Positions 36,136 through 47,873 of a stretch of 64,000 nucleotides of DNA are shown one piece after another. The stretch lies in NCBI GenBank assembly GCA_023515795.1, contig JALGPX010000014.1:124001-188000 (forward strand), written 5' to 3'. The position numbers and the translations under genes are program-made. Numbering within the stretch: the first letter of the stretch is position 1; each line of letters opens with the position of its first letter. The DNA comes from Amoeboaphelidium occidentale. Its lineage: Eukaryota. The notes under the pieces are model-generated. The model saw only the letters and a list, made by a program, of their open reading frames with translations, was not told where the DNA came from and searched no databases.

Positions 36136-39100
36136 CAGTGGTTTTCAAGCTTCCCAATATTGGCAAGATTTTGTCCACGATAACAGCGTCAAGCCCAAAC
36201 TTCCTTTGTAGTTTCACCTTTTTGGAATCGTTGTTCTTTTGGCCATACGAGAATAATAGCAAACCAGACTCTTTTATAGAACTGATCAAGAATGGTGCTT
36301 CAATTAGAGGGTCACAGTGAGACACAATCCCCAAAAGATCGGCGAACTTGGCAAACCGTGTTGCAGCATGTAATGAATTGCACCGTATGTCATATGTTGT
36401 CGAGACTCCAGCATCAGTAAGAAAGAAGACAGGATAATTAGGTTGCTATAAAAGTCAGAAGTTTCAAATTAAAACATACTTTGAGATTAAGGAATAAACA
36501 AGCTTCTGGATGAAATGATGAAAATATTATTGATCTGTCTCCAGCATGTTCAAAAACACATTTCAATATGGAATCAATAAACTCGTTCAATTCTTGTGGG
36601 TTCATTCCATTGTTTTCCTCACATTCTATACTAGAGGGATACTTGACTTCAACATTAAAACCAACTTTTGAAGGAACATCTCGAAGTAATTCTTCTAAAG
36701 TAGCAAATGAATCCTTGATGGCTGAATTACTTCTGCCACCGTTATGCAAATAATTTCGACTTGAAGGCCCTTGGTCAAAGCTTGAAGGAGGAAGTTTCAG
36801 TAAATCCAAATCCGTGAGTGAGAAATTCTTCTGAGCACTTTTTTGTAAATTATTTGTCGGATTTCGAGGAAATCGTGGTCTTGGTGAACTTAGCCTTGGT
36901 CCAAGTTTCTTGAACTCGTCAAGAGTAACAGTATTCAGGTAAATACTAAGGCCACTTTCGCTGAATGGCCAGTCATGATAAATAACGGGAACACCATCCT
37001 TTGTTACTTGTACATCAAACTCCACATATTCCGCACCCAAAGATGCCGCAGTTACTAGTGAAAGAACAGTATTCTCTCCAATTTGTATGTTATTACTTCC
37101 CATCGAGTTAGCACCGACTCCTCTATGGCCTATTACTTTTGTTTCAACACTTTTCCAGTATGTATTCTTGGATCCAATTTTCATTTTCTCGTGACTAAAT
37201 TTCTTTATGACCAATAACTCAAAATTAAACAAACCAACAACAGACAATTTCTCATTGAATAAAGGAACAGATAATCTGTAAGCTCCAGAACCAGGAGTGA
37301 GTTTGACATTTTTCAATCCTGATAATATAAAAGCACCTCTACCTAAAACGACACCCCTTTGACCAAAAGTTGGTTTCAAGTCAAATCGGAGCTGAACATT
37401 ATCAAGCGGAACATCCGATTTTGCATAATAAACAATAGGCTCAGAAGGAATTTCTTTCAGTGGAAAATCAATCATTATAGGATCACCAGTGACACCAGAA
37501 GCTGAAACCAATATCGAAAACGCTGGATGTGCAATAAACTTTTCATCATGAATTTCGAGTGGAGACTTTTGAAATCGTACATCAAAGGAACTTGTTGTAA
37601 CAATTAAAACAAAATCATCTTGCAAATAATGGTGACCGTAAGTTTTCCCAGACGTAACGGTAGAGTTTTGATCAAACTTTGTGCTGTTCTCTTGAACAAA
37701 AGGACTTGAATTTGTAGGAGACGTAGCAGGAGTCATGCTTGGGGTTCGATTAGCCAAGGTCAATGGCAGCAATAGTTCCGCAACTTTTCTATGACCTCTA
37801 AATACAGCATGGTCATGTGCAGTCCAACCGGCGAAATCCATACAATCCGCGAAACTTCCTGCTTTTATCAAGTGTTCAGTGCACTCTACATGACCTTCAA
37901 CTGCAGCGAAAAATAATGGAGTCCATCCATGTTCTTTTTCCACAATATTCACTGAGGCATTCTTGATGTCGCTATTATTTAAAAGTTTGTTTGCATTCAA
38001 AAGCAAATCCACACAAGGTGCGTGACCCTCTTTACTTGCCAAGTGAAGAGGAGTCTCTCCTTCAGAATCGATACTGTCAGGTTCAATACCTCGCACCAAT
38101 AATAACTCAACGATGTCCCTATGGCCCTTTGAACAGGCCAAATGAAGTAAATTTTCCTTGCTAATAAAATCTTTCAAGGGAGAATCAGGAAATGAACTTA
38201 TTAAATCCAAAATAGCTGAAACTACTTCGGTGTGACCATTATGAACAGCATAGAATAGCGGACTGTTTCCGTCGCAGTCAAGAGCTCCCCATGAGTTTTT
38301 CATGAGTTTATGCAGATCGAGAAGGGCGGATGTGATTGCTGTAAGTCCCTTGTAAGTAGCATAATGCAACGGTATTCGACCGTAAGTGTCTGCCTTATGA
38401 GCTAGATTTTTGAATGCTTGGAAATTCGCAAACAAAAACGAGATCAACGAAACATCATCATCCTTTCTAACAAAGATCCATTCCGGAGCTTTGTTTTTGG
38501 CAAAAGATACTGATTTAGAATCAGAATGCTTTGTAATGTTCAGAAGAGACGATGTGGAGGTTAAAACGACACCAGAATTTCCAAATGAACCTCCGCCAAT
38601 TACCAACCGATGAAGAACATTTCTTTCATCATAGCCTTCAGAATTCATCACGTCGGGATAATTTTTGAGTAAATATTCCATGCTTTTATATGATTTTTGA
38701 GTCAACGCTGCGTAGAACGTTTTCTTCAAATGCTTCCAAAGGGATTCATCAGTTACAACAGATTTCAGACCTTCTATAACGCCCTGTAATCCAGAATCGT
38801 CATCTTTTGCCACAAAAGTCAATAATTCTTGAGCATGAAGGGACTCTACCGGTGAAGTTGCGACACTTTGCTGATCAAATAAACCCATAATCTTCTCCAA
38901 TGCCACAATTACCATATCAACATCTTTTAAAAGCAAATCCATACTGTGTTCATCTGCAAACAGAAGCACGTCCACTTTGGATTTAATAACGACCTCTTTT
39001 GAGCTTTTAAAAGTCTTCTTATCGTATTTCTTCATGATCTTATAGAAGCCCTGCTTATTTAACGACCCAAACTTGTAACATCTATGAACCAGCTCCTTAA

Positions 39101-39458
39101 TATTCAAAGAATAATCCAATAAACTCCTTAAAGTGTCAGGACCATCAACAACTGAAGGCGCAACAGGATCCGCAGCGATATCCGAATGAACAACGATCCC
39201 ATTCACTTTCAGCTTCTCATTCAGAATTCTCATGCGTCTCTCAGCTTCCTGTTTTCTTAAAAGAAAGAAGGAATTAACCTTTTCAAGCTCTCTGTCCAAC
39301 TGGAAGAAGAATGCCGTGATTTTATCATCAACTTGCTCCAGGCCAGACTCATTAGCCTCAATGATATCTTTGACAGCATGTTTTAATAATTTATAGGACA
39401 TGTAATTCCTGGACCATTCCGGTATCTGGTTTTCCACTAAAGTCTTGCCGAACTTCAT
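36128..39458 (-). CDS. GDE1: Glycerophosphocholine phosphodiesterase Gde1 (SPX-ankyrin-GDPD); intron 36446-36479
   Basis: SPX start MKFGK, ankyrin repeats, VIGHRGVG, YVEFDVQVTKD, IIFSSFHP. The spliced end reads KQPNYPVFFL...GLDAVIVD. Confidence 0.92.
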
Positions 39459-39684
39459 TCTGGAGGCTGCTCTTGTTGTTGACGCAAAAAATCGGTGGCT
39501 TAGCGTCGCACGAGGCAACTGTTTGGACTTCAGCAACAAGATTCTCACATCGCCAGAGGTGTCATGGAACTCAAATATGTGTTGCTAACAAAACCATAGA
39601 TTCTGTTGAATGCGCTTATTTAGTCATCTCTGAAACCAATGAATCACTCCCTGAATCGTTTCAACTTATGCTTTCGTCAGAATC

Positions 39685-40207
39685 ATGTCATCTACAAGTA
39701 AACTGATACGAATCTGGGTCAAATATCACAATATTGCGCCTGTGGATTTCACGCTCCCAGCTTCTTCAAACGTCAACGCTCTGTTGGATTTAATCCTTGA
39801 AAATTCCTTTATTGGCTTCTACGAGAACGAATATGGGCAGTCTTGGAGTGTCGGATTAAAAGTCTCTTTGATCAGGGCCACAACCGAGTTTACGCCATTA
39901 ATCGTGAAGATTCCAACGTCGTGAAAGGCAAGTTTGTCATTCGTCGCAGTTCATGATCTCGCAGATTATTACTTTATGGCATCTCTAACCTATTTTAGCG
40001 CTTCCATGGTCCTTATGGTTGATGGACACTGCTTCCTATTTGCTCAATACAAAGATTGTAAGTAATGGAAACGCGAGTTACTCTTCACGGGACTCTACTA
40101 TTAACAATACATTTTTGCAAGATGAAGAAAATAAGAGGTCTCCAGATACATCAAAAGGTGTCGGTGAAGGAGACATACGAAACAGGCAACGAGCGAAGAA
40201 GCCGTGA
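39685..40207 (+). pseudogene. Short ORF or possible relic with a Crinkler-like ubiquitin-fold header
   Basis: MSSTSKLIRIWVKYHNIAPVDF...VNALLDLI resembles CRN-type N-termini. It stops after 79 aa and is followed by short broken ORFs. Confidence 0.3.
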
Positions 40208-40243
40208 GTTCACCGGCAACCAATGAAGATAAAACAACTTAGT

Positions 40244-42404
40244 TTATTGGCCATCTTCCAGGACTGAATCTTCCTTTTCCATCTCATCCATCTTCTTTAC
40301 ATCTCTCTTTGTACTGCTCTGGAATGCAAAAGGGTTCTCTCCTTGCTCCAATGTCTTGAACTCACAGTTTCCTTGGCCGTCAAAGCGCAAAACGTAGTTG
40401 TGAAACTTTGCTACGGATGGTTTGTGACCAATTGTGAACAATGAAATTCCTAATTCTTTGGCGTATTCATACATTTTACCCTCAACGTCTATGCTCACGG
40501 CTGAAGTGCACTCATCTAAAACAGCAAACAATGGCTTGTGATAACAAACTCTACAGAAACTAATCTTTTGTCTCTCTCCTTAAAAACGTTAGTTTTCCTC
40601 GACTTGTGAGTGTACCTCCAGACAACACCTCATTCCAATTCTGCACAGATTCAAACCCCTCTGTTTCTCTGTCTACCAAATAGGAAATAGAAATCTTTTC
40701 CATAATTTCCAACAGTTTAGCATCTGTGAATCCTCTCTTTATCGCTTGTTTCTTGGTATCAGGGTAAATTACTTGATCTCTCAATGTCCCAATGCAAAGC
40801 AAAGGTTTCTGTGCAACAAAAAATATATCAGATGCTTTTGGTTTCACAACTCTACCACCATATAGTGGCCATAACTCCCCTAGAATTCTAAACAATGAAC
40901 TCTTACCGCATCCATTCGGTCCAACCACTAAACAATTCATACCACGACCAATCTTAAAAGAAAGAGACTTCACTAGACAATCATTATTAGGAGTAACAAC
41001 AGGAACATCTTCAAATGTAATACTTCCATCTGCGGAATACTCTAACTTGCCCTTTAATGTTTGGACATCAATCAATTGCGGAACAGAAACTGAATCGCTT
41101 CCATCATTCACCAAAGTCTTCTCATACTTTCCTTCTTTAACATCTTTCAACACATCAAATAATTGCGCCACTCTCTCTGCATAACCAGCGAATCTCGCAA
41201 TATCTCTACCAGCCATCATTATTCTACCAATAGCTTGGGAAAGATTGATCAAGTAACTGGAGTTCGTTGTATACTCTTCCATCAGCTGTTTAGGATCTTG
41301 ACCTCTTCCGAAATGTTCAGTTGCATACTTTGGATTAAATACAGGTCTCGAGATCAAAGAGTAGGCAAGAATAGTTGCGCAGTACTTGTATACAACCGAT
41401 TCAATAATACCGTTTCCAAATCTCAAAGTAAAAACCTTTTTTAAATGACTGACAATATTTCGGAATGATGAATTAACTAAAATCTTCTCCTTTTGTCCCC
41501 CACCATAAAAGGCAATTTCTTCTGCATTCGTAATTATTCTGGAATGTGTAAATCTGAAATCTCCTTCCAATTGTTGTTCAGTTGCAGTATACTTTCCGAA
41601 AGGCGGAGATATCTTGCGCAAGAATGCACCTGCAGAAAAGAAGTACAAAATCATGTAAATTGGCGATGCTTTTCCAATTGCTTGTCCTAATTTATAAGCA
41701 AACAGAACAATATCAACAATTGGCTTGGAAATATCAGAGTACAAATGCGCCAAGTTGGATGAGAACTTATCAATATCCTGAGTCAATAACTGATCAATAT
41801 TGTTAATTCTGGAATCCAAATTAGTAATCTTGTAATAATTTATACCGTCCAAGTACATGTCTTGCGCGTGCTTTGTAAGCCTTGATCTGAAACTCAAACT
41901 TAGTGCATTTATCAACAGTTTCAAAGAATTATTTACAACAGACATGGGCCACATCATAAGAGCGAACACAACAAAAATACTCGCATTAAACGCTTTCCTG
42001 TCTCTGGATACGATCGATTTAACAACGTAACCCTGAAAAGACGAAAACCAGATATCCAGCCAAGTTCTGGCAACAAGAACAGCAGCAAGAGCACCCAATA
42101 ATCCAGCCTCCCTTGAAAAGAATCCAGGAATCAGTATTGGCAATAACTTTTGCATTTGCTTGATGAATCGCATATTTAAGCCAACTCTTTGACTTTGCTT
42201 TTTAGCACCACCGGAAGAGGCCTTTTCCTTCTGTGCAGTAGCTTGAATCTCTTCGTTACTTCCCTTATCAGCAGCAGAAGTGTCAGCCTTCTGTTTCTTG
42301 CTCTTTGCAAATGAATTCAAAAAGTACGCATAAAGCCCACCAGCAATAACAGGGGGCACAAATACCAAACTCTTATACTTTAAAATACTATCTGCCCTCG
42401 ACAT
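40244..42404 (-). CDS. Peroxisomal half ABC transporter, ABCD family (PMP70/Pxa-like); intron 40579-40615
   Basis: NAEEIAFYGG (EAA motif), GPNGCGKSSLFRIL, spliced LSG|GERQK, LDECTSAVSIDVEG. Confidence 0.93.
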
Positions 42405-42595
42405 TTTTCTCTTAAACAGAACTTTCAGTTACGACGATTATGAGCAATTTGGCTTATTCAACTTTCAAATTGAAATTTCTCCGTTTCGCACGATCCGAAC
42501 GGAAGGAATACATCCACGCGCACTGTAACTTTGAACCACACAGAGAGGCACAATTAAAAAGAATTTTCTATTAATAGTTTTAAATTAAAATGGTA

Positions 42596-43048
42596 TCATT
42601 CTTCTTGTTGCGTGACGCTGGGTGGGAAGTTTGATGGTGGTTCTGTTCGTAGTGACCAAATGCCTTCCGTAACAAATTCCTTCTTTTCACTGTAATTAGT
42701 CTCTAAACGTCGTTGTTCCAGCGCAATCTTTAAAGATCAGCTGAATACTTCAATACAAAGATATTTACCTTCTTCTTATCTTCAGTCATCCATGCATTAG
42801 TCATACACCAATAGAAATTATTAATGTATCGCTTACAATTATCTCCATGCCCGTGTCTATAAAAAGAGTTTATCTGATTACCCAAAGCTACAGCGTGAGT
42901 CGCATTTAGCCGCAAGTAGAAAGACACCTGAGCATCGCATAACATAATCGAAATGATGGAAACAGTCAAATTCCAGAGCATTTTCCAACTGATCATCCAC
43001 AGTGTCCAATTTCTCGAGACTCTTTAGGAAATCTGCGTCGTCTGTCAT
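42596..43048 (-). CDS. EMI1: Emi1/DUF3128-like small twin-Cys protein, 3 exons
   Basis: Manual splice gives MTDDADF...DCFHHFDYVMRCS|ALGNQINSFYRHG...CKRYINNFYWCM...|...EGIWSLRTEPP. Confidence 0.72.
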
Positions 43049-43082
43049 CGTTTCTTTACGAAGAGATTTTTGATTCGATTAA

Positions 43083-43452
43083 ATGAGCACGGAAGCACAA
43101 TTACCGTGTAAAATGTACACAATTCACTTATATGAAGAAACAGCTGATCTTTTGTGTAGATGTTTGGATATTCCTTTTCCGGAGGAGCGATACGCTGATA
43201 TTCTGAGAAGATCTTTATCTGTGGATGGAGACATTAACACGCGGTCGAAAACAAAATATTCTTTATTTACTAATGACAGTGGAGTTCATCACTTAAGAAT
43301 GTATTTGTTAAGTTGTCAGTGTCACTCACTTTGTGTGTAGAAATATCAGAGCAGAAACTCCAAAGCTGTTGCGAACTGTTGCTCAGAGTGTTTTAGAATT
43401 TGTTATTGTTTCTACGGAAGCTTTATTTAAATTCGACATAAAAGGGAACTAG
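43083..43452 (+). CDS. PCC1: KEOPS/EKC subunit Pcc1 (LAGE3-like), 3 exons
   Basis: Spliced translation CLDIPFPEERYADILRRSLSVD...I|NIRAETPKLLRTVAQSVLEFV. Confidence 0.78.
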
Positions 43453-43508
43453 CGAGTTTTCTATAAATAGATTTCTTTGTGGCGATTTTGCATGTTGTTT
43501 GCGTTGTG

Positions 43509-44950
43509 ATGATCTTGACAAGACAGATAATCTATCGCTCTCTTGTGCAACCACTACGACTTCAGCAACTTCCAAAGCGATTGTATGGTCAAAGTCCCAA
43601 AAGCATAAGCGCAGAAGAAATTGTGAAACATGTCAAGTCCGGTGACAGGATTTACGTTCATTCTGTAGCACAGTTTCCGTAAGTTCTATTTGGAGTTGTT
43701 AAAAGGAAAATGGTTTCTAATTGCTTTACTGGGTTTGTAGTAAAATACTTATTAATGCTTTGGCTCAGAGGGCTCGCAATGAAGATTTAAGGGAGTTAGT
43801 TTTGCATCATTTACATGTTGAAGGTCACAATCCTTTTGATGATGAAGATTTATCACAAAAGGGTCATTCTCATCATTTCTTCATTGGGAAGAATTCTAGG
43901 AAGGCTGTCAATGAAGGTAGGGGTGCATACATTCCATGCTTTTTGTCTGATATACCTGTGTTACTGCGACATCATAGAGTTCCTTTGGACTGGGCTTTTC
44001 TGAATGTATCCCCGCCAGATAAGCATGGGTTCTGCTCTTTGGGTACAGAAGTTTGCGCTGCTCGTGCTGCTAGTGATGCTGCTCTAAGAGTTGTCGCTCA
44101 AATCAATCCAAACGTTCCAAGAACTCTGGGACATGCTGCACTGCACATTTCCAATTTTGATTATGTTGTTGATGTGAGTGGTAATCCTGATGCGAAAATT
44201 CCTACAGTTCCTGTTGCGACTCCAGGTGAAGCTGAAATGAAAATGGGTGATTTGTTGGCAGATATGATTCCTAATGGTGCATGCTTGCAAGTGGGAATTG
44301 GTTCAGTTCCTAATGCTGTATTGAAAAGGCTCATTAACCATAAGAATCTTGGTGTTCACTCAGAAATGATTAGCGACGGGATAATGGAATTAATCAAGGC
44401 TGGTGTTGTTAATAATATTGAAAAATCTTTTATGCAACATAAAACAGTCACTAGTTTCTTGGTTGGCTCAAAGGATCTTTATGATTTCGTGGATGATAAT
44501 CCTGGTGTTCATTTGGATGATGCCGTAATTACGAATACTCCCTCTATAATCAAGAGAAACTCAAAAGTTGTTGCAATTAATTCTGCTCTGGAGGTTGATC
44601 TAACTGGTCAAGTTTGTGCGGATTCTATTGGCACGAGAATGATTTCTGGTATTGGTGGTCAGTTGGATTTTGAGTATGGCGCATCTTTATCTGAAGGAGG
44701 ATTTCCTATTATTTGTTTACCTTCAGTAACAAAAGACAAAAAGTCAACTATTGTGAATACCTTGAAACCTGGTGCTGGTGTGACTACAACAAGATATCAT
44801 GCTCACTGGATTTGCACAGAATACGGAGTCGTTAATGTTTGGGGTAAAGATCTTCACGAAAGAGCTAGACTGTTAATTTCAATTGCTCATCCTGACCATC
44901 GCGAACAGTTATTTAAAGAAGCTTTTGAGCGGTTCAAACTTACGGAATAG
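43509..44950 (+). CDS. Acetyl-CoA hydrolase/CoA-transferase family (4-hydroxybutyrate CoA-transferase / ASCT 1B-like); intron 43679-43740
   Basis: VSPPDKHGFCSLG, LQVGIGSVP, LGVHSEMISDG, DLTGQVCADSIG, SGIGGQLDF, IAHPDHRE, with an Arg-rich presequence. Confidence 0.9.
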
Positions 44951-44968
44951 AAAACGTCATCATTTTTT

Positions 44969-45772
44969 ATGCTAAATATGTTTTCCACTTGGTTCACAAA
45001 GACAGAGAATTTAGAAAGTGCTCCAGCGTCTTCAGAGCAACAGACTGCTGCTTATAGCAAAACTGCACCACCACAGTCGGCTTGTCCTGTAAAGCACGAG
45101 GCTAAGGGCTGTAAATCACGAGAGGATTATCTCGGAGCACAAGGCAAACCATTATCGTATATCCAAGACCCTCAAATTACTGGAGGCTCTGTGTGTCCCG
45201 TGAACAGAATGAAGGATAATCAAATTGACCCAAAAGATCTTGTTCTGGATCCTAATTTGCCTTTACCAACAATACGTCAAGTTTCATCAATCCCTCGAGC
45301 AATTGATCAAGAGCAAGGCGAGGATGGCGAATATTGGGTTTATCCATCACAGCATCAATTCTATAATGCGATGAAGCGAAAGAATTTTCAGCCGTCTGAG
45401 GATGATATGCCTGTTATTGTATCTGTGCACAATGCAATTAACGAGAGAGCATGGCGTAATATTCTCGACTGGGAAAAGAAATACAAGGACACTTGCGCGG
45501 ACCAGAAATTAATTCGATTTGAAGGAAAATCAGAAGAGTATAGCCCTCGTGCCAGAATTCTTAATTGGGTCTTTGGTGCAACATTACCGTTTGACAGACA
45601 CGACTGGATTGTTGATCGTTGTGGCACGGAAGTTCGATATGTTCTGGACTTCTACTCAGGGAGAAATGATGGAAAATCTTTAATGAGTGTGCATATTGAT
45701 GTTCGTCCTGCATTGGAATCATTTGGCGCTGCTTATGATCGTGTGGAACGATTCTTTGACTCTTTGTTCTGA
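44969..45772 (+). CDS. Holocytochrome c/c1 synthase (heme lyase)
   Basis: Two CPV heme-regulatory motifs, WVYPS, FYNAMKRK, HNAINERAW, PFDRHDWIVDRCG. Confidence 0.93.
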   Translation: MLNMFSTWFTKTENLESAPASSEQQTAAYSKTAPPQSACPVKHEAKGCKSREDYLGAQGKPLSYIQDPQITGGSVCPVNRMKDNQIDPKDLVLDPNLPLPTIRQVSSIPRAIDQEQGEDGEYWVYPSQHQFYNAMKRKNFQPSEDDMPVIVSVHNAINERAWRNILDWEKKYKDTCADQKLIRFEGKSEEYSPRARILNWVFGATLPFDRHDWIVDRCGTEVRYVLDFYSGRNDGKSLMSVHIDVRPALESFGAAYDRVERFFDSLF

Positions 45773-45797
45773 CCACATAAAATGAAAATATATTCCT

Positions 45798-46949
45798 TTA
45801 GACTTTTGCATTACCCAAGAAAGCTCCCAATGCGCCACAGTAACCTTCATGACGGAGAAACAATGCTCTCATTTCATCATTCGACCAGAATCCAATAGCT
45901 CGAGCCAAAGCAAGCGATGCAATATGAACATTGTGAGAATGTCTAAGAAAGCTACCAGAGAATATCAAATGCTTGATCTTGTGTAATTTAGCCAGAAGAA
46001 ATGCTATTTGACCAATGTTATTTGTAACCATCAGTAAAATTCCTCTACAAATGTCAGCGTCTGTCACATTGCTTCTTAAATGCTCCTGATCTCTCTGAGT
46101 GAATTTAGCAAAAAAACTGGCAGTCATATCTGCTGGTAAAGAAAGAGAAGCGTAATCTCCACCGTAAATATCACCCACGGTCATATCAACATTTCTAGCT
46201 TTTCCGCGCTCTGACAAACTCAATGATTCTGTGAATGTTTTACACTGCGTCAACATTCTTGCTAATCCCCAATATGTACCTCCACCTAAACCAGAACCCG
46301 AAATTCTTTCATAAGAACCATCCTCATTGACTTTTAAGAAACTGACACCTGTGCCAATATTGATCACCATGTACGGATACATTGCTTCATGTTTGATACT
46401 GACATACTTTCGTTCGGGTGTATTCAAATCATCATACTGGCCAGGAGGAGACCGTGGCAAAGGATAGTAGAAACACTCATCAGAGGTGTACTTTAACAAG
46501 AACGATAATCCCAAAACCAAACAGCGCATCTCATCCTGCTTCTCCACGTTGAGATTAAGAGACTCTTTATCTTCAAATAAATGCGCAAACTTGTGTGCAC
46601 CACCACCTGTCATTGCTATGCGCCTCTTGTGCACAGGAATGTCTTCGAGCAAACTTGCATTTAAGACCAAAGACACGGCATTCTCCATTCGCCTGGTCTC
46701 GAACATGATAAAATGAAATCTGCCCTCTGGAGTCGTCAACGACATGGCAGGGTCTCTTTCTCCGGTGGTTCCGTATTTCGTGGACGTTGTTACGTATTCG
46801 ATTAACTTCAAGATCGCAGGATCATTCTTGGGTTCATAAAAGCATATCTTGCAAAGACTGCCGCCAACATCGAAGCCAAAGTAGCCATTAGTCCTGAGCT
46901 CACCGTCGAAAATATCTAAGTCTCTCTTGGTTGAGTTTGAAGTCGCCAT
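45798..46949 (-). CDS. CAB1: Type II pantothenate kinase (Cab1/PanK)
   Basis: FDVGGSLCK, TGGGAHKF, DEMRCLVLG, NIGTGVSF, GGGTYWGL, FLRHEGYCGALGAF. Confidence 0.93.
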   Translation of the reverse strand: MATSNSTKRDLDIFDGELRTNGYFGFDVGGSLCKICFYEPKNDPAILKLIEYVTTSTKYGTTGERDPAMSLTTPEGRFHFIMFETRRMENAVSLVLNASLLEDIPVHKRRIAMTGGGAHKFAHLFEDKESLNLNVEKQDEMRCLVLGLSFLLKYTSDECFYYPLPRSPPGQYDDLNTPERKYVSIKHEAMYPYMVINIGTGVSFLKVNEDGSYERISGSGLGGGTYWGLARMLTQCKTFTESLSLSERGKARNVDMTVGDIYGGDYASLSLPADMTASFFAKFTQRDQEHLRSNVTDADICRGILLMVTNNIGQIAFLLAKLHKIKHLIFSGSFLRHSHNVHIASLALARAIGFWSNDEMRALFLRHEGYCGALGAFLGNAKV

Positions 46950-46966
46950 TGATTTTACAGCGCGAA

Positions 46967-47857
46967 ATGAAGTTTCTATTCGACTCACACTGTCACTTGC
47001 CTCATACTGCAACAGTTCAGAATATCTGCGCCAGCATAAGAAAAGTACAAAACTCCGGAGTAGTCAAGAATCTTGCGATCATGGGAACTAGACCAAAAGA
47101 CTGGGACATGATAGCTGAATGTTATGAGAGTTGTCCTGATATTGTTCAACCATGTTTTGGATATCATCCATGGCTGATATATGAGCAGCACATATCACAA
47201 ACTAATTGGAAAGAAAAGCTCGAACTTCTTTTACTAAAATATCCAAAGTCGATAATTGGTGAGTTTGGACTGGACAAGATTGCGACGACGCCACAGGACG
47301 CCATATCAAAGCATTCTTCTTTACCAAAGAGCACATATGACGGATTGCAAAAGGAATCTTTTAGTTTTCAGTTTCAGTTGGCGGTCAAGCTGAAGCGTCC
47401 CATTAGCCTTCATTCTGTTCAGGCTTATGGTTACATTCATGATTATTTAAAACAACAATGTGACAAGGTCTCATCAAGAGGATTTATAAAGAAGCACGAA
47501 TTAGAAAGTCCTGAAAATATTGTGTATCCGGATGCCATGTTTCCACCTGCGATAATGCTGCATTCTTTCTCTGGCTCGCCTGGCATGTTGCAACAATTGA
47601 TCAAGTTGCCTCATGTTGGGAACAGATTGTACTTTAGTTTTTCAAAGGTTATCAACCTCAGATACAAAAACATCGAAGAGATCATTCTGAGCGTTCCTAA
47701 TGACAGACTGCTTCTAGAATCCGACATCTCTGATATTGAAGCGATTCCACAATGCTTAATTGACATTGCTGAGTTGATCGCAAAAGCTAAAGGATGGTCT
47801 TTAGATGAAGTCGAAGAAAAGATCAATGAAAATGCCTCTAGGTTCTTTAATGTTTAG
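46967..47857 (+). CDS. TatD-family amidohydrolase/DNase (Scn1-like)
   Basis: DSHCH, FGYHPW, IGEFGLDK, SLHSV, LHSFSG, LLLESD. The ATG is at 46967. Confidence 0.9.
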   Translation: MKFLFDSHCHLPHTATVQNICASIRKVQNSGVVKNLAIMGTRPKDWDMIAECYESCPDIVQPCFGYHPWLIYEQHISQTNWKEKLELLLLKYPKSIIGEFGLDKIATTPQDAISKHSSLPKSTYDGLQKESFSFQFQLAVKLKRPISLHSVQAYGYIHDYLKQQCDKVSSRGFIKKHELESPENIVYPDAMFPPAIMLHSFSGSPGMLQQLIKLPHVGNRLYFSFSKVINLRYKNIEEIILSVPNDRLLLESDISDIEAIPQCLIDIAELIAKAKGWSLDEVEEKINENASRFFNV

Positions 47858-47873
47858 TAAAACATGAAACTAT

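Noticed and set aside
39459..39548. Presequence-like N-terminal extension on Gde1 in the ORF track (likewise extensions on TatD, PanK, ABCC)
   Set aside because: Most rely on non-ATG starts, and the TatD and PanK ones overlap the neighbouring gene. The conserved domain starts (e.g. MKFGK) mark the likely initiators.
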